From a virus (taxonomy: Duplodnaviria > Caudoviricetes): a DNA stretch of 64,000 bases. Below the pieces are notes generated by a model. It was not told the DNA's origin. It worked only from the letters and a program-made list of their open reading frames with translations, and did no database searches. Location: IMG/VR virus record IMGVR_UViG_3300035670_000190, positions 1,576 through 65,575 of that record. One strand, given 5' to 3'. The position numbers were made by a program, and so were the translations under genes. Of this stretch, positions 19,867 to 33,087 are shown in pieces. Every line of letters begins with the position of its first letter. Within the stretch, counting starts at the first letter, position 1.

Positions 19867-22800
19867 GCAATATTCGAATAAAACCAACAACAATTCGTGT
19901 ATCAACTGGTAGAGGTTCAACTGGATTAACAGGACCTCAAGGTCCACAAGGACCATCAGGACCTGCAGGCGGTCCACAAGGTCCTCAAGGACCACAGGGT
20001 CCTCAAGGTCCACAGGGTATTCAAGGTGAAACTGGTCCACAAGGACCTCAAGGACCTCAAGGTCCTCAAGGTATTGTTGGTCCTCAGGGTCCACAAGGTC
20101 CTCAAGGACCACAGGGTCCTACAGGCAATGGTGTTGAATTAAGCGGAACAGTTGATACTGCTGCAAATCTTCCGCCATCTGGATCAAGCACAGGCGAAGC
20201 ATACATCACATTAGATGATGGACACCTCCATGTTTGGAGCGGAACTACTTGGGAAGATGTTGGTGTTATTGTTGGTCCAACTGGTCCAACAGGCGCAATT
20301 GGTCCCACAGGTCCTATAGGTGGTGCAAATACAGAGGTATTGTTTAGTAATGGCACAGTCGCTGTTGGTTCAGCCAATTTAACTTTTGATCTTACATCTA
20401 ATACTCTCTCTGCTTATAACGTAAATGTAAGCGGAACTCTTGTAACACAAAATATTATTCCAGCTTCTAATGAAACTTATTCATTGGGTTCACCAGAAGC
20501 TAAATTTAAAGATCTTTATCTTTCTGGAAACACTGTATTCATTGGCGAAACTCAATTAGGCGCCAATGGTGATGCACTTACTGCAAATAACATATCAGTA
20601 ACTGAAAATTTAAATGCTGCGAACGTTACAGCATCAGCTTTCTTGACCCCTAGCGGATTGAATGTTGCAGATCAAGCAAATACTGCTCGAGCATTAGCAA
20701 ATTTAACCTTTAATAATCTTATAACAACTAGCGCATCTGCGAATAATGCGTCTGATCAGGCAAATGTTGCACGCAATACTGCCAATGCAGCATATATTCG
20801 CGCCAATTCCGACTTTATGCCAGCAGTGACTGCTCTTAATGTCACAACTTCTGCTGTAACAGCTTACCTATTTGATTTATATTCAGGCAATAATCCAACG
20901 TTATATGTTCGTGGTGGTGAAACTATCGCATTCAATTTGAATGTAGATGGACATCCATTTATGATTCGCACTACAGCAAATGGTGCAACATATAATACTG
21001 GATTGACGCACGTTTCAAATACTGGAACAATTACTACAGCAAATGACGCCCAAGGAAAAGAAGGCGGCACATTATATTGGAAAATTCCAGTTGATGAAAT
21101 TGGTAACACGTTTGTTTATCAATCACTAAATTTTCCAAATCTTGTTGGTAACGTTGTTGTTGAACCATTTACAGTTACTGTATATGATCAAGCAAATACT
21201 GCTAGAAATACTGCTAATGTTGCATATGCTCAAGCAAATGCTGCTTACGAAGCAGCAAATAATGCATCTATTACTGTCAAAGAAATTTATTCTACAAATG
21301 GTACAGTAGTCAATGCGATTAGTAATGTAAATACAATTCAATTTGACACAGAATCTGGACTTGCTGTTCTAGATGAAAGTAACAGTACAGTTACAATTCA
21401 ACTTAATAGTACGTTTAAATTTTGGAACATAAACGGAAATGAAGGACTAACTGCTGTTGGTCTTGATACAGTCAATTTTGTTAGCGGTAATGGAATTACC
21501 ATCACTGCAAATAATACTGCGCCAAAAACAATTACTTTTGAATCAGTTGGTGGTCCACAAGGACCGCAAGGTCCACAGGGTTTAACAGGTCCTCAAGGTC
21601 CACAGGGTCCAGCTGGCGGTCTTCAAATTCAAGGTACAGTTCCAAACGTTGCAAGTTTGCCATCTAGTGGAAATAGTGATGGTGATGGATATATTGTCAC
21701 GTCAACTGGTGACTTGTATGTTTGGGAAGAAGATATATCTGACTGGGTGAATGCAGGCAGAATCGTCGGTCCACAAGGTCCACAAGGACCACAGGGTGTA
21801 ACAGGACCACAGGGTCCCCAAGGTGTAACTGGTGACACAGGTCCTCAAGGTCCACAAGGTCCTCAAGGTGTTACTGGTCCACAAGGACCACAGGGACCAC
21901 AAGGTCCACAAGGTATCGTCGGTCCTCAAGGTCCACAGGGTCCACAAGGCATCACTGGTGACACAGGACCACAGGGTCCTCAAGGACCACAGGGTCCACA
22001 AGGTCCTCAAGGCATTCAGGGTGAAACTGGTCCTCAGGGTCCTCAAGGTATTCAGGGTGAAGTTGGACCACAAGGTCCACAAGGTCCACAGGGTCCACAA
22101 GGTATTACTGGTGACACAGGTCCGCAGGGTCCACAGGGACCACAAGGTATTACTGGTGACACAGGTCCTCAAGGACCACAAGGACCGCAAGGACCACAAG
22201 GTCCACAAGGTGTGGATGGTCCTCAAGGTCCTCAAGGTATTCAAGGTGAGACTGGTCCACAAGGTCCGCAGGGACCACAGGGACCGCAAGGTGTAACTGG
22301 TGATACTGGACCACAGGGTCCACAAGGTCCGCAGGGCATTCAAGGTGATCTAGGTCCTCAAGGTCCAACAGGTCCTAAAGGTGATACTGGAGACTTTGGT
22401 GGCGCTACGTTTGAATACAATTATTTGATTGATACAGCTAATACTGATCCATTAACTGCGAATTTAAAATTTGATTCAACAGATCTATCCTCTGTAACAA
22501 GATTGTATATTAACTGTATTGATTTAGATAATGCCAACGCTCACAATTATCTACAAACAATTGATGATTCGACATCTGCTGTTAAAGGCACATTTAAAGT
22601 TGCAAATACATCAAATATAAATTATTTCGCATATTTCAATATTAATGGAAATCATGTTCATATTGAAGGTGGTTCTGACGAATATTTCTCAATACCTATT
22701 GCATTCCTTACTGGTGAAACTTCTTTTGATGATGGCACTGATGTTATAATTACATTTGTTCGCACTGGTGACAAGGGCGATACAGGACCACAAGGTCCTC

Positions 22801-25118
22801 AAGGTCCACAGGGTCCGCAAGGTCCACAAGGACCGCAAGGCGTGGATGGACCTCAAGGTCCGCAGGGACCACAGGGTCCACAGGGAATTCAAGGTGAAGC
22901 GGGACCTCAGGGACCACAAGGTCCACAGGGCGTCGTGGGTCCACAAGGACCACAAGGTCCACAAGGTGTTGATGGACCTCAAGGACCACAAGGTCCACAA
23001 GGTATACAAGGTGAAACTGGTCCACAGGGTCCACAAGGTGTTGATGGTCCACAAGGACCGCAAGGTCCACAGGGACCTCAAGGTCCTCAAGGCGATACTG
23101 GACCACAAGGTCCACAAGGAATACAAGGTGAAGTTGGACCGCAAGGACCACAAGGTCCGCAGGGCATTCAAGGTGAAACAGGTCCACAAGGACCGCAAGG
23201 TCCACAGGGTCCACAAGGACCACAGGGCGTTGAAGGACCGCAAGGTCCGCAGGGACCACAAGGACCACAGGGCGTTATCGGTCCTCAAGGTCCTCAAGGT
23301 CCTCAGGGTGTTGCTGGTCCGCAGGGTCCTCAAGGCGATATTGGTCCTCAGGGTCCTCAAGGTCCACAGGGTGTAGATGGTCCACAGGGACCACAGGGTC
23401 CACAAGGCGAAACTGGACCACAGGGTCCGCAAGGTGTCACTGGTGACACTGGACCACAAGGTCCACAAGGACCACAGGGACCACAAGGAATTCAGGGTGA
23501 GACGGGTCCACAAGGACCACAAGGTGTCACTGGTGACACTGGACCACAAGGTCCACAAGGACCACAGGGACCACAAGGCGTGCAGGGTGAAACTGGACCA
23601 CAGGGTCCACAGGGTCCACAGGGTTTAACAGGTCCTCAAGGTCCGCAAGGCGATACTGGACCACAAGGTCCACAAGGACCACAGGGTGTAGATGGTCCGC
23701 AGGGTCCTCAAGGTCCCCAAGGTCCACAGGGAATTCAAGGTGAAGTTGGACCACAAGGACCTCAAGGTCCACAGGGTCCGCAAGGTATTACTGGTGATAC
23801 AGGTCCTCAGGGACCACAAGGACCACAAGGTGTAGATGGTCCACAAGGTCCTCAAGGCATTCAAGGTGAAACTGGTCCTCAAGGTCCGCAGGGTCCACAG
23901 GGTCCTCAAGGTATTCAAGGTGAGACTGGTCCGCAGGGTCCGCAAGGCGTGGATGGTCCTCAAGGACCGCAGGGACCAACTGGCGTAACAGGACCACAAG
24001 GTCCTCAAGGCATTCAAGGTGAAACTGGTCCACAAGGACCACAAGGTGTTACTGGTGACACTGGACCGCAAGGACCTCAAGGTCCACAAGGCGTGCAGGG
24101 TGAAACTGGACCACAGGGTCCACAAGGTCCTCAGGGACCACAGGGTCCACAAGGTGTAACTGGTGAGATAGGTCCACAAGGACCTCAAGGTCCTCAAGGC
24201 ATTCAAGGTGAAACTGGTCCACAAGGTCCTCAAGGTGTGGATGGTCCGCAAGGTCCACAAGGTCCTAAAGGTGACACTGGTGAATTTGGTGGTGCAACTT
24301 TTGAATATGTGTACTTAACAGACACAGCTAACACCGACCCATTAGCTGCAAATTTAAAATTTGATAATGTAACATTCTCTTCAGCGACAAGATTGTTCAT
24401 TCATTGTATTGATGACACTGGAGCAAATGCACATAATTATCTTCAAACAATTGATGATTCTACTTCTGTTATTAAAGGAACTTTTAAAGTTGCAAATACA
24501 GCGAATGTAAACGAATTTGCATTCTTTGATATTAATGGAAATCATGCTCATATTGAAGTTGGTGGGGCTGAATATTTCTCTGTTCCAATTGCACATACAA
24601 CTGGTGTAACCAGTTTAACGAATGGCGCAAATGTAATCATTACATTTGTTCGTACTGGTGACAAGGGTGATACTGGACCTCAAGGTCCACAAGGTCCTCA
24701 AGGTCCGCAGGGTCCACAAGGTATTCAAGGTGAAACTGGTCCACAAGGTCCTCAAGGACCGACTGGTGCAACAGGACCTCAAGGTCCACAAGGACCTCAA
24801 GGTGTACAGGGTGAAGTTGGACCACAAGGACCGCAGGGACCACAAGGACCTCAAGGACCACAGGGTATTGCAGGTCCACAAGGTCCACAGGGACCACAAG
24901 GTGTTATTGGTCCACAAGGTCCACAGGGTCCATCTGGTGTAGCAATTGTACAATCAGATGAAGCGCCAGTAGACACTTCAGTTCTTTGGCTAGATACTGA
25001 TGAGGAAGTCACTGCACCAGTTTCATCAAATGATGTATATTACATTGCTGTTGTAACAGAATCTGCTTATCCTGGTTCACCAGATCCAAATACTCTTTAT
25101 ATTGTAATTCCTGATTGA
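19863..25118 (+). CDS. collagen-like fibre protein 1 (1751 aa)
   Basis: Long GPQ-dominated Gly-X-Y runs, two GATFEY domains, a cupredoxin-like insert and a C-terminal PDPNTLYIV motif. Confidence 0.88.
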   Translation: MSNIRIKPTTIRVSTGRGSTGLTGPQGPQGPSGPAGGPQGPQGPQGPQGPQGIQGETGPQGPQGPQGPQGIVGPQGPQGPQGPQGPTGNGVELSGTVDTAANLPPSGSSTGEAYITLDDGHLHVWSGTTWEDVGVIVGPTGPTGAIGPTGPIGGANTEVLFSNGTVAVGSANLTFDLTSNTLSAYNVNVSGTLVTQNIIPASNETYSLGSPEAKFKDLYLSGNTVFIGETQLGANGDALTANNISVTENLNAANVTASAFLTPSGLNVADQANTARALANLTFNNLITTSASANNASDQANVARNTANAAYIRANSDFMPAVTALNVTTSAVTAYLFDLYSGNNPTLYVRGGETIAFNLNVDGHPFMIRTTANGATYNTGLTHVSNTGTITTANDAQGKEGGTLYWKIPVDEIGNTFVYQSLNFPNLVGNVVVEPFTVTVYDQANTARNTANVAYAQANAAYEAANNASITVKEIYSTNGTVVNAISNVNTIQFDTESGLAVLDESNSTVTIQLNSTFKFWNINGNEGLTAVGLDTVNFVSGNGITITANNTAPKTITFESVGGPQGPQGPQGLTGPQGPQGPAGGLQIQGTVPNVASLPSSGNSDGDGYIVTSTGDLYVWEEDISDWVNAGRIVGPQGPQGPQGVTGPQGPQGVTGDTGPQGPQGPQGVTGPQGPQGPQGPQGIVGPQGPQGPQGITGDTGPQGPQGPQGPQGPQGIQGETGPQGPQGIQGEVGPQGPQGPQGPQGITGDTGPQGPQGPQGITGDTGPQGPQGPQGPQGPQGVDGPQGPQGIQGETGPQGPQGPQGPQGVTGDTGPQGPQGPQGIQGDLGPQGPTGPKGDTGDFGGATFEYNYLIDTANTDPLTANLKFDSTDLSSVTRLYINCIDLDNANAHNYLQTIDDSTSAVKGTFKVANTSNINYFAYFNINGNHVHIEGGSDEYFSIPIAFLTGETSFDDGTDVIITFVRTGDKGDTGPQGPQGPQGPQGPQGPQGVDGPQGPQGPQGPQGIQGEAGPQGPQGPQGVVGPQGPQGPQGVDGPQGPQGPQGIQGETGPQGPQGVDGPQGPQGPQGPQGPQGDTGPQGPQGIQGEVGPQGPQGPQGIQGETGPQGPQGPQGPQGPQGVEGPQGPQGPQGPQGVIGPQGPQGPQGVAGPQGPQGDIGPQGPQGPQGVDGPQGPQGPQGETGPQGPQGVTGDTGPQGPQGPQGPQGIQGETGPQGPQGVTGDTGPQGPQGPQGPQGVQGETGPQGPQGPQGLTGPQGPQGDTGPQGPQGPQGVDGPQGPQGPQGPQGIQGEVGPQGPQGPQGPQGITGDTGPQGPQGPQGVDGPQGPQGIQGETGPQGPQGPQGPQGIQGETGPQGPQGVDGPQGPQGPTGVTGPQGPQGIQGETGPQGPQGVTGDTGPQGPQGPQGVQGETGPQGPQGPQGPQGPQGVTGEIGPQGPQGPQGIQGETGPQGPQGVDGPQGPQGPKGDTGEFGGATFEYVYLTDTANTDPLAANLKFDNVTFSSATRLFIHCIDDTGANAHNYLQTIDDSTSVIKGTFKVANTANVNEFAFFDINGNHAHIEVGGAEYFSVPIAHTTGVTSLTNGANVIITFVRTGDKGDTGPQGPQGPQGPQGPQGIQGETGPQGPQGPTGATGPQGPQGPQGVQGEVGPQGPQGPQGPQGPQGIAGPQGPQGPQGVIGPQGPQGPSGVAIVQSDEAPVDTSVLWLDTDEEVTAPVSSNDVYYIAVVTESAYPGSPDPNTLYIVIPD

Positions 25119-25120
25119 TT

Positions 25121-25915
25121 ATGAAATTAAATGACGCTGCAAATATAACATTTGGTTCTACCAACGCTGTTGCTGTGTACTTCAACAGTCAACTCATTTG
25201 GCCAGTGACTTCAAGTCTTGTAGCTGACAATCTTTTTATGCAATTAGATGCTAGTAATTCATCATCATATCCTGGAACTGGAACAACTTGGACTGACTTG
25301 ACTGGCAATGGAAATAATGGTACAATCAGTGGCGCAACTTGGAGTTCTACTGATGGTGGACAATTTGATTTTGATGGAATAAATGATACAGTACAAATAG
25401 CTCATGCATCATCTTTATCTCTTTCAACATCAGTACAAAGAACAATTCAAGTATGGGTTAAGTTTGATGCGCTAGGAGCAACAAGTACATCCCAAGTTCC
25501 AGTTTTCGGAAAATTGTCAAGCTCTTTTTCTTTTGATGGATATTGGGGTGGTTTGTATGGAAACACTGGAACTATTCGCGGTGTAACAAATGGAACTGCG
25601 CAGCAACGAATTACGACATCAACATCAACTGTGAATATCAATACTTGGTATTTGTTTACATTTATTTCGCAGATTACATCTACAGCAAATACAACTAAAT
25701 TGTATATTGATAAAACTGAATATGCAACTAATGCGCATGGAACAGATGGTTATACAGAATCAAATCCATTATATCTTGGTTGGATTGGTTCTGGTGTAAG
25801 TTCATTATATCTAGATGGTAAAATAGGTGCGTGTTATTTTTATACAGATGGATTAAGTGCCGCTGAAATAGCGCAAAATTATGATGCCACAAAGTCTCGT
25901 TACGGAAAAACGTAA
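25121..25915 (+). CDS. LamG/concanavalin A-like lectin domain protein (putative fibre tip)
   Basis: LDA.N.SSYPGTGTTW.DL.GNGN.GT, F.FDG.ND, TI..WVK, NTWY and G.IG...Y...LSAAEI.QNY.A.K.RYG. N-terminal AVAVYFNSQLIWP segment. Confidence 0.85.
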   Translation: MKLNDAANITFGSTNAVAVYFNSQLIWPVTSSLVADNLFMQLDASNSSSYPGTGTTWTDLTGNGNNGTISGATWSSTDGGQFDFDGINDTVQIAHASSLSLSTSVQRTIQVWVKFDALGATSTSQVPVFGKLSSSFSFDGYWGGLYGNTGTIRGVTNGTAQQRITTSTSTVNINTWYLFTFISQITSTANTTKLYIDKTEYATNAHGTDGYTESNPLYLGWIGSGVSSLYLDGKIGACYFYTDGLSAAEIAQNYDATKSRYGKT

Positions 25916-25926
25916 AGATAATTTCC

Positions 25927-25934
25927 AATAAATA
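25927..25934 (+). promoter_or_regulatory. probable late promoter variant AATAAATA
   Basis: 7/8 match, intergenic, before 25974. Confidence 0.55.
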
Positions 25935-25973
25935 AGAAGAAATAACAGCGCCAATCGCAATATGGATTAATAA

Positions 25974-28900
25974 ATGAGTGTATTAAAAATCTACAATGCA
26001 AATACCTCCCAGTGGGAAACAGCAGTTATTGGCGCTGCTGGTCCTCAGGGTCCACAAGGTCCTCAAGGTCCACAGGGTCCGCAAGGTCCTCAAGGTCCAC
26101 AAGGAATTGATGGTCCGCAAGGACCACAGGGACCAACTGGTGTAACAGGTCCTCAAGGTCCACAAGGTATCACTGGTCCTCAGGGACCACAAGGACCTCA
26201 AGGTGTCACTGGTGATACAGGACCACAAGGTCCTCAAGGACCACAAGGCATTCAAGGTGAAACAGGACCACAGGGTCCACAAGGACCACAAGGACCTCAA
26301 GGTCCGCAAGGTATAGATGGTCCACAAGGACCTCAGGGACCTCAAGGACCACAAGGCGTTCAAGGTATTCAGGGTGAAACAGGACCGCAAGGTCCTCAAG
26401 GTCCACAGGGACCAACTGGCGTCACTGGTGACACAGGACCACAAGGTCCTCAAGGTATTACTGGTGACACAGGACCACAAGGTCCACAGGGACCAACTGG
26501 TGTAACAGGTCCACAAGGTCCTCAGGGTCCTCAAGGTATCGTTGGTCCACAAGGACCTCAAGGACCACAGGGTCCTCAAGGTATCGCTGGTCCGCAAGGT
26601 CCACAAGGTGTTGATGGTGATACTGGACCACAAGGTCCACAGGGACCAACTGGCGTAACAGGTCCTCAAGGTCCACAAGGTATCGTTGGTCCTCAAGGTC
26701 CACAAGGACCGCAGGGTATCGCTGGTCCTCAAGGTCCACAAGGACCACAAGGTCCTCAAGGTATTATTGGTCCACAAGGACCTCAAGGACCGCAGGGTCC
26801 TCAGGGAACAACTGGTAATACAGGTCCGCAAGGTCCACAAGGACCTGCTGGTCCAACGGGTCCATCAGGAACTGGTACAGGCAATCCTGGATCTACTCGA
26901 AATTCATATACTGGTGATGGCAACACAGCAATCTTTTCACTGACTGTTCCACCAACAAGCGAAGAACATACTCTCGTTTTCATTGATAGACTTTTGATTG
27001 TCAATTCAGAGTATTCTATCACTGGTGCAAACTTAACATTTACTGCTGCTCCAGATGATGGCGCAGCAATTGAAATTTATACAATTGGTGATTCTGGTCC
27101 ACAAGGTCCAACAGGTCCTTCTGGCGCTGCTTCTACAGTAGCTGGTCCTCAAGGTCCTCAAGGTCCACAAGGCGCTGCTGGTCCGCAGGGTCCTGCTGGT
27201 GTTGCAGGTCCACAGGGTCCCCAAGGTCCTCAGGGCATTGCTGGTCCACAAGGTCCGCAGGGTAATATTGGACCACAAGGACCACAGGGTCCTCAAGGTA
27301 TCGCTGGACCACAGGGTCCGCAAGGCGATGAAGGTCCGCAGGGTCCACAGGGACCTCAAGGCGCACAAGGTGAAATTGGACCACAAGGTCCTCAGGGCGT
27401 TCAAGGTGCACAAGGCGATATTGGTCCTCAGGGTCCGCAAGGACCTCAAGGTCCATCAGGTGCAACAGGAGATGTTGGTCCACAAGGTCCTCAAGGACCT
27501 CAAGGTGTTGCTGGTCCTCAAGGTCCTCAAGGTATTGCTGGACCACAGGGTCCACAGGGACCTCAAGGTGTTCAGGGTGACATTGGTCCGCAAGGACCAC
27601 AAGGACCACAGGGTGCTGCTGGTCCACAAGGACCACAAGGTCCTCAGGGTCCACAGGGTGTTGCTGGTGACGCAGGTCCTCAAGGTCCTCAAGGACCAAC
27701 TGGTGTAACAGGTGACGTTGGTCCACAAGGTCCACAGGGACCTCAAGGTCCAAAGGGCGACACTGGTGAATTTGGTGGCGCAACGTTTGAATTTGTATAT
27801 TTGACTGACACCGCAAATAGCGATCCAGGCATTGCTAATGTTAAGTTTGATAGCGTTACATTTACTAGTGTTACAACGATGTATATTAACTGCATCGATG
27901 ACACTGGCGCAAATATTCACAATTATCTACAAACCATTGATGATTCTACTTCTATCATCAAAGGTACATTCAAGATGGCAAATACTGCAAACGTTAATGA
28001 GTTTGCGTTCTTTGACATCAATGGAGCACATGATCATTTCAATGGTGGCGGCGAATACTTTGCTGTTCCTGTTGCACATACAGTAGGTATTACATCATTG
28101 ACTAATGGTGCAAATGTTATATTAACATTTGTTCGCACTGGTGATAAAGGCGACACTGGTCCGCAAGGTCCTCAAGGTCCACAAGGACCAACTGGTGTAA
28201 CAGGTGACACAGGTCCTCAAGGACCGCAAGGACCGCAGGGTGCTGCTGGACCACAAGGTCCACAAGGTGATGTTGGTCCTCAGGGTCCAGAAGGTCCACA
28301 GGGTCCTCAGGGTCCACAAGGTATCGAAGGACCACAAGGTCCACAAGGTCCTCAAGGTGTTGCTGGTCCTCAAGGTCCTGCTGGTGTTGAAGGTCCGCAA
28401 GGTCCACAGGGACCACAGGGTGTGGCTGGACCTCAAGGACCGCAAGGTCCACAAGGCATCCAAGGCGATACAGGTCCACAAGGTCCTCAAGGCGCTCAGG
28501 GTGAAATCGGTCCATCGGGTCCACAAGGTGAAGTTGGTCCACAGGGACCACAGGGACCACAGGGTGTTGCTGGACCACAAGGTCCTCAAGGTATCGAAGG
28601 ACCACAGGGTCCGCAAGGTCCTCAAGGTGTTGCTGGTCCTCAAGGTCCACAAGGTGATGTTGGACCACAAGGACCTCAAGGTCCACAGGGCGCAGCTGGT
28701 CCGCAAGGTCCTCAAGGTCCAGAAGGTGCAGCTTCTACTGTTCCTGGACCACAAGGTCCAACAGGTCCTGCTGGTCCAACAGGTCCTTCGGGCACAGGAA
28801 CTGGTAATCCTGGATCAACACGCAACGAATTTATTGGTGATGGTACAACCACTGAATTCACACTCACTGTTCCACCAACAAGTGAACAACATACATTAGT

Positions 28901-31565
28901 ATTCGTAGATTATATTCTACAAAATAATGCATCATACAATGTTGCGACTGCAAATATTGTCTTTACTGCTGCACCAGCAAACAATTCTGAAATTATCGTC
29001 TACACTATAGGTGACTCTGGTCCACAAGGTCCTCAGGGTCCGCAAGGCGTCGCTGGTGCAACAGGTCCACAAGGTCCATCAGGTCCACAAGGTGAAGTTG
29101 GTCCACAGGGACCACAGGGACCACAGGGTGTTGCTGGACCTCAAGGACCACAGGGTCCACAAGGTCCACAAGGTATTGCAGGACCACAGGGTCCTTCTGG
29201 CGCAGCAGGTGATGCTGGTCCACAAGGTCCTCAAGGTATTGCAGGACCACAAGGTCCACAGGGTCCACAAGGACCAGCTGGTACAAATGGTGATGAAGGT
29301 CCTCAAGGTCCACAAGGTCCTCAAGGTCCACAAGGTCCTCAAGGTCCTCAAGGTATTGCTGGACCACAAGGTCCACAGGGTCCACAAGGACCAAGCGGTG
29401 TCAATGGCGAAACTGGTCCAACAGGTCCTTCTGGCGTAACTGGTGACACAGGTCCACAAGGACCACAAGGTCCTACTGGCGCTGATTCAACTGTTCCTGG
29501 TCCTCAAGGTCCTCAAGGTCCATCAGGTGTAAATGGAGATGCAGGACCACAAGGTCCACAAGGACCACAAGGAGTTGCTGGAGATACTGGTCCGCAGGGT
29601 CCTCAAGGTCCATCAGGTGTAAATGGGGAAACAGGTCCACAGGGACCACAGGGACCACAGGGACCACAGGGTCCTCAAGGTCCTCAAGGTATTGCTGGTC
29701 CACAAGGTCCACAAGGTGATGTGGGTCCACAAGGTCCACAAGGTCCGACTGGTGTGACAGGTCCACAGGGACCTCAAGGTCCTGCTGGCGCTGATTCAAC
29801 GGTTGCTGGACCACAAGGTCCACAAGGACCTGCTGGTCCAACTGGTCCATCAGGAACTGGCACAGGCAATCCTGGTTCTACGCGCAATGAATTCACTGGC
29901 GATGGTGGAACAACAGAGTTTACACTTACCGTTCCTCCAACAAGTGAAGATCACACTCTTGTATTCGTAAGCACAGTTCTTCAAAATAATTCAACATATA
30001 ACATTGCGGGCGCAAACGTTGTATTTTCAGAAGCACCAGAAGCAAACGCCGAAATTATTGTTTACACTATTGGTGACTCTGGACCACAGGGTCCACAAGG
30101 TCCACAGGGTGCTGCTGGAGATGCAGGTCCTCAAGGTCCACAAGGACCAAAAGGTGACACAGGCGAATTTGGTGGCGCAACGTTTGAATATGTATATCTA
30201 ACTGATACTGCAAATTCGGATCCTGGCACTGCTAATGTTAAATTTGATAATACTGCGTTTGATAGTGCTACAACGTTGTATATTAATTGTATCGATAGTA
30301 CTGCTGCAAATATTCATAACTATTTGCAAACAATTGATGATTCGACATCTGCTATTAAAGGCACATTTAAGATGGCAAATACTGCAAACGTTAATGAGTT
30401 TGCATATTTCTCTATCACAGGAAGCCATGATCACTTTGAGTCAGGCGGTGCTGAATACTTTGCAGTCCCTGTTGCTCATCTCAATGGCATTACATCATTA
30501 ACAGACAGTACAAATGTTACGATGACATTTGTTCGCACTGGTGATAAGGGCGATACAGGTCCTCAAGGACCACAAGGTCCACAGGGTGCTGCTGGTGATA
30601 CTGGTCCACAAGGTCCACAAGGTCCTTCTGGCACAGCAGGTGATACTGGACCACAAGGTCCACAAGGACCACAGGGACCTCAAGGCGCTGCTGGTGATAC
30701 TGGTCCACAGGGACCACAGGGACCTCAAGGTCCGCAAGGTCCTCAAGGTATTGCTGGTCCGCAAGGTCCACAAGGCGATGTTGGACCACAAGGACCCCAA
30801 GGTCCGACTGGTGTGACAGGACCACAAGGACCTCAAGGTCCAGAAGGTGCTGCATCAACTGTTGCTGGACCACAAGGTCCTCAAGGTCCATCTGGTCCTG
30901 CAGGAGCAAATGCTGAACCATCACAAGTTTATGCAGATCTATTCACTGGAACTGGTGCTTGCACTGTATTCACGCTTTCAAGCAATTCAACAACGAATAC
31001 TGTGTATGTGTTCTTGAATGGTGTTGCTCAAGTTCCAAATACTGATTACACTGTTTCAAATAATTTGCTTACGTTTACAAATGCACCAGAAAATAATGCA
31101 AATGTAGATGTTCGTGTATTTGGAAATGTGTCAATAGTTGCTGGAAGTGGTGGTGGATCTGGAACAACTGTCACTCGCGATGAATACTCTGGCGATGGCG
31201 CAAATACTGACTTCACACTATCAACAACACCAACAAGCGAAGATTATACGATTGTCTTTGTTGATAGCGTTCTTCAAAGAACTGATGCTTATAATGTTGC
31301 AACATCTACTTTGTCATTTAATGTAGCACCAGAAGCAAATGCTGAAATTGATGTCATTACAATTTCTGGTGGCGGTGGAGATTCTGGAATCACAGTTTCT
31401 CAAAATGGTTCAAATGACATTGTAAGCAACACGATAAACTTCATAAATACTTCAACAGTCACCGTTGAGACTTCAAATAACAGCGGAGTTGTAAATGTTG
31501 CATTTACAAGCACTGGTGGAATTACAACAGGTAAAGCCATTGCTATGGCTATGATTTTTGGATAG
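25974..31565 (+). CDS. collagen-like fibre protein 2 (1863 aa)
   Basis: GPQ runs interrupted by five (F/Y)xGxG domains and two GATFE domains; ends [15 protein letters not shown]. Confidence 0.88.
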   Translation: MSVLKIYNANTSQWETAVIGAAGPQGPQGPQGPQGPQGPQGPQGIDGPQGPQGPTGVTGPQGPQGITGPQGPQGPQGVTGDTGPQGPQGPQGIQGETGPQGPQGPQGPQGPQGIDGPQGPQGPQGPQGVQGIQGETGPQGPQGPQGPTGVTGDTGPQGPQGITGDTGPQGPQGPTGVTGPQGPQGPQGIVGPQGPQGPQGPQGIAGPQGPQGVDGDTGPQGPQGPTGVTGPQGPQGIVGPQGPQGPQGIAGPQGPQGPQGPQGIIGPQGPQGPQGPQGTTGNTGPQGPQGPAGPTGPSGTGTGNPGSTRNSYTGDGNTAIFSLTVPPTSEEHTLVFIDRLLIVNSEYSITGANLTFTAAPDDGAAIEIYTIGDSGPQGPTGPSGAASTVAGPQGPQGPQGAAGPQGPAGVAGPQGPQGPQGIAGPQGPQGNIGPQGPQGPQGIAGPQGPQGDEGPQGPQGPQGAQGEIGPQGPQGVQGAQGDIGPQGPQGPQGPSGATGDVGPQGPQGPQGVAGPQGPQGIAGPQGPQGPQGVQGDIGPQGPQGPQGAAGPQGPQGPQGPQGVAGDAGPQGPQGPTGVTGDVGPQGPQGPQGPKGDTGEFGGATFEFVYLTDTANSDPGIANVKFDSVTFTSVTTMYINCIDDTGANIHNYLQTIDDSTSIIKGTFKMANTANVNEFAFFDINGAHDHFNGGGEYFAVPVAHTVGITSLTNGANVILTFVRTGDKGDTGPQGPQGPQGPTGVTGDTGPQGPQGPQGAAGPQGPQGDVGPQGPEGPQGPQGPQGIEGPQGPQGPQGVAGPQGPAGVEGPQGPQGPQGVAGPQGPQGPQGIQGDTGPQGPQGAQGEIGPSGPQGEVGPQGPQGPQGVAGPQGPQGIEGPQGPQGPQGVAGPQGPQGDVGPQGPQGPQGAAGPQGPQGPEGAASTVPGPQGPTGPAGPTGPSGTGTGNPGSTRNEFIGDGTTTEFTLTVPPTSEQHTLVFVDYILQNNASYNVATANIVFTAAPANNSEIIVYTIGDSGPQGPQGPQGVAGATGPQGPSGPQGEVGPQGPQGPQGVAGPQGPQGPQGPQGIAGPQGPSGAAGDAGPQGPQGIAGPQGPQGPQGPAGTNGDEGPQGPQGPQGPQGPQGPQGIAGPQGPQGPQGPSGVNGETGPTGPSGVTGDTGPQGPQGPTGADSTVPGPQGPQGPSGVNGDAGPQGPQGPQGVAGDTGPQGPQGPSGVNGETGPQGPQGPQGPQGPQGPQGIAGPQGPQGDVGPQGPQGPTGVTGPQGPQGPAGADSTVAGPQGPQGPAGPTGPSGTGTGNPGSTRNEFTGDGGTTEFTLTVPPTSEDHTLVFVSTVLQNNSTYNIAGANVVFSEAPEANAEIIVYTIGDSGPQGPQGPQGAAGDAGPQGPQGPKGDTGEFGGATFEYVYLTDTANSDPGTANVKFDNTAFDSATTLYINCIDSTAANIHNYLQTIDDSTSAIKGTFKMANTANVNEFAYFSITGSHDHFESGGAEYFAVPVAHLNGITSLTDSTNVTMTFVRTGDKGDTGPQGPQGPQGAAGDTGPQGPQGPSGTAGDTGPQGPQGPQGPQGAAGDTGPQGPQGPQGPQGPQGIAGPQGPQGDVGPQGPQGPTGVTGPQGPQGPEGAASTVAGPQGPQGPSGPAGANAEPSQVYADLFTGTGACTVFTLSSNSTTNTVYVFLNGVAQVPNTDYTVSNNLLTFTNAPENNANVDVRVFGNVSIVAGSGGGSGTTVTRDEYSGDGANTDFTLSTTPTSEDYTIVFVDSVLQRTDAYNVATSTLSFNVAPEANAEIDVITISGGGGDSGITVSQNGSNDIVSNTINFINTSTVTVETSNNSGVVNVAFTSTGGITTGKAIAMAMIFG

Positions 31566-31574
31566 GAGTTAAAA

Positions 31575-31934
31575 ATGGCAGCACCAAATATAGTCGGTGT
31601 TACAACAATTACTGGTAAAACAGCAGTTCAAGCAGTAACTGATGCAGCAAATACCATCGTGAGCAATTCCGCTGCAAGTGGAAAAGTTTTTAAAGTTAAC
31701 ACTTTAATTATTTCTAATGTTGATGGAACAAATGGTGCTGATATTTCAGTAGACGTTTTTAGAGATAATACTGCATTTCATATCGTAAAAACTGTAACAG
31801 TCGACCCCGATTCAGCATTTTCTGCAATAGATAAAAACTCATTTATCTACCTTGAAGAAGGTGATGCTCTAAGATTGACAGCTTCCGCAAATGGTGATTT
31901 AGAAGCAGTATGTTCTTATGAGGAAATTAGCTAA
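31575..31934 (+). CDS. ~110-aa adaptor-like virion protein (MAAPNIV type)
   Basis: AGGAG RBS; KVNT..ISNVDG and IYLEEGD motifs; ends SYEEIS; paralogous to 35858 and 40064. Confidence 0.75.
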   Translation: MAAPNIVGVTTITGKTAVQAVTDAANTIVSNSAASGKVFKVNTLIISNVDGTNGADISVDVFRDNTAFHIVKTVTVDPDSAFSAIDKNSFIYLEEGDALRLTASANGDLEAVCSYEEIS

Positions 31935-32833
31935 TGGGCTATTTGCGAAATATGGGTTTTATGGGCAAAAATATGCCCCTTAGAACACAGACAAAAGCTG
32001 GATTGTTTAATCATGGTGATTTGACTTTTAATTTAGAAGGCACAGCACCAGTAGGAATTCAATTTGCTGAAAGCTACATTGCTTCTACTGGTGGAACTTT
32101 GACTCAATATACTGGTGGAAGTGATTTAACTGCAACACTTGATACTTATGCAGGAAATTCTTCTGGAGATGCTTTATATTTACCCGCAGGAGTATATACT
32201 GTCAATACTGCATATAGTTCTAATTTTTTAGGGCTTCAATACAGTTCGCATATATTTCCATCTGGGTATTATGGTGTTTTTGGTGCAGATCCTGATCAAA
32301 CAATAATTTTGGCAGATGTGAATACAGCAAGAAGAGCAGACAATTGTCTCATAAGTTGGGAAGATAATGTTAATATTAAACTTACCTGCGGATATATGAC
32401 GATTAGAACAAAAGCATATTCAACCACAAATTATGAAAGTGCGTTATTTCACGGCACAGGCAGTACTGCTTTAACTTATGCATATTTCAAAAATGTTGCA
32501 ATTAATAGAGAAGGAACTTCTTTTTCTATGCTATATGATAATGATGGAGATACAGGAATTATTTTATTGGAAAATTGCTCTATTGGAAATAATTCTGGAT
32601 TTACTGGAAACTATGCTGGAAGTCGAACGAATAAGAGAGCATTAAATTGTCTATTTGCACCTAATATCACAACAACTCAATGGGGTGTATTAACTGATTG
32701 TATTGTGAATGGTGCTTATTTTACAGTTGGAATGAATGGTATTTTAGATTATGACTATACGCCTACTGGTGTTTTTGGTACTGTCGGTCATAGATATGGT
32801 CGTTTCGATACTACTTGGGTAGAGCCAACATAA
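31934..32833 (+). CDS. putative parallel beta-helix (pectin-lyase-like) head protein
   Basis: GDALYLPAGVYTV...GADPDQTII resembles the N-terminal cap of right-handed beta-helices; followed by Asn/Cys-containing beta strands; TAATG coupling to 31575. Confidence 0.5.
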   Translation: MGYLRNMGFMGKNMPLRTQTKAGLFNHGDLTFNLEGTAPVGIQFAESYIASTGGTLTQYTGGSDLTATLDTYAGNSSGDALYLPAGVYTVNTAYSSNFLGLQYSSHIFPSGYYGVFGADPDQTIILADVNTARRADNCLISWEDNVNIKLTCGYMTIRTKAYSTTNYESALFHGTGSTALTYAYFKNVAINREGTSFSMLYDNDGDTGIILLENCSIGNNSGFTGNYAGSRTNKRALNCLFAPNITTTQWGVLTDCIVNGAYFTVGMNGILDYDYTPTGVFGTVGHRYGRFDTTWVEPT

Positions 32834-33066
32834 TGTATTTGGGGTATGTATATACAAAAGACGGTTCGTATCCTCAGGGGAAACCTAAAAGGATACGATT
32901 GCCGAATGGATTTACAAAAACTCATGATGCAATCACTCATGAGCTCATGCTTGAACTTGGGTATAGAGTAGCACCAGATTATCCCAGACTAAATGATGGA
33001 ACAGATTCTGCAAATTGGCCAGTTTATGAATGGGATTCTGAAACATCGTCTTGGATCTTAAAATAG
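32833..33066 (+). CDS. small tail-fibre-assembly-like protein
   Basis: TAATG-coupled start; P.RIRL.NG.TKT...ELGY and the C-terminal EWD....W pattern. Confidence 0.55.
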   Translation: MYLGYVYTKDGSYPQGKPKRIRLPNGFTKTHDAITHELMLELGYRVAPDYPRLNDGTDSANWPVYEWDSETSSWILK

Positions 33067-33087
33067 GTTTCAAAGAAAAGATAAAAA

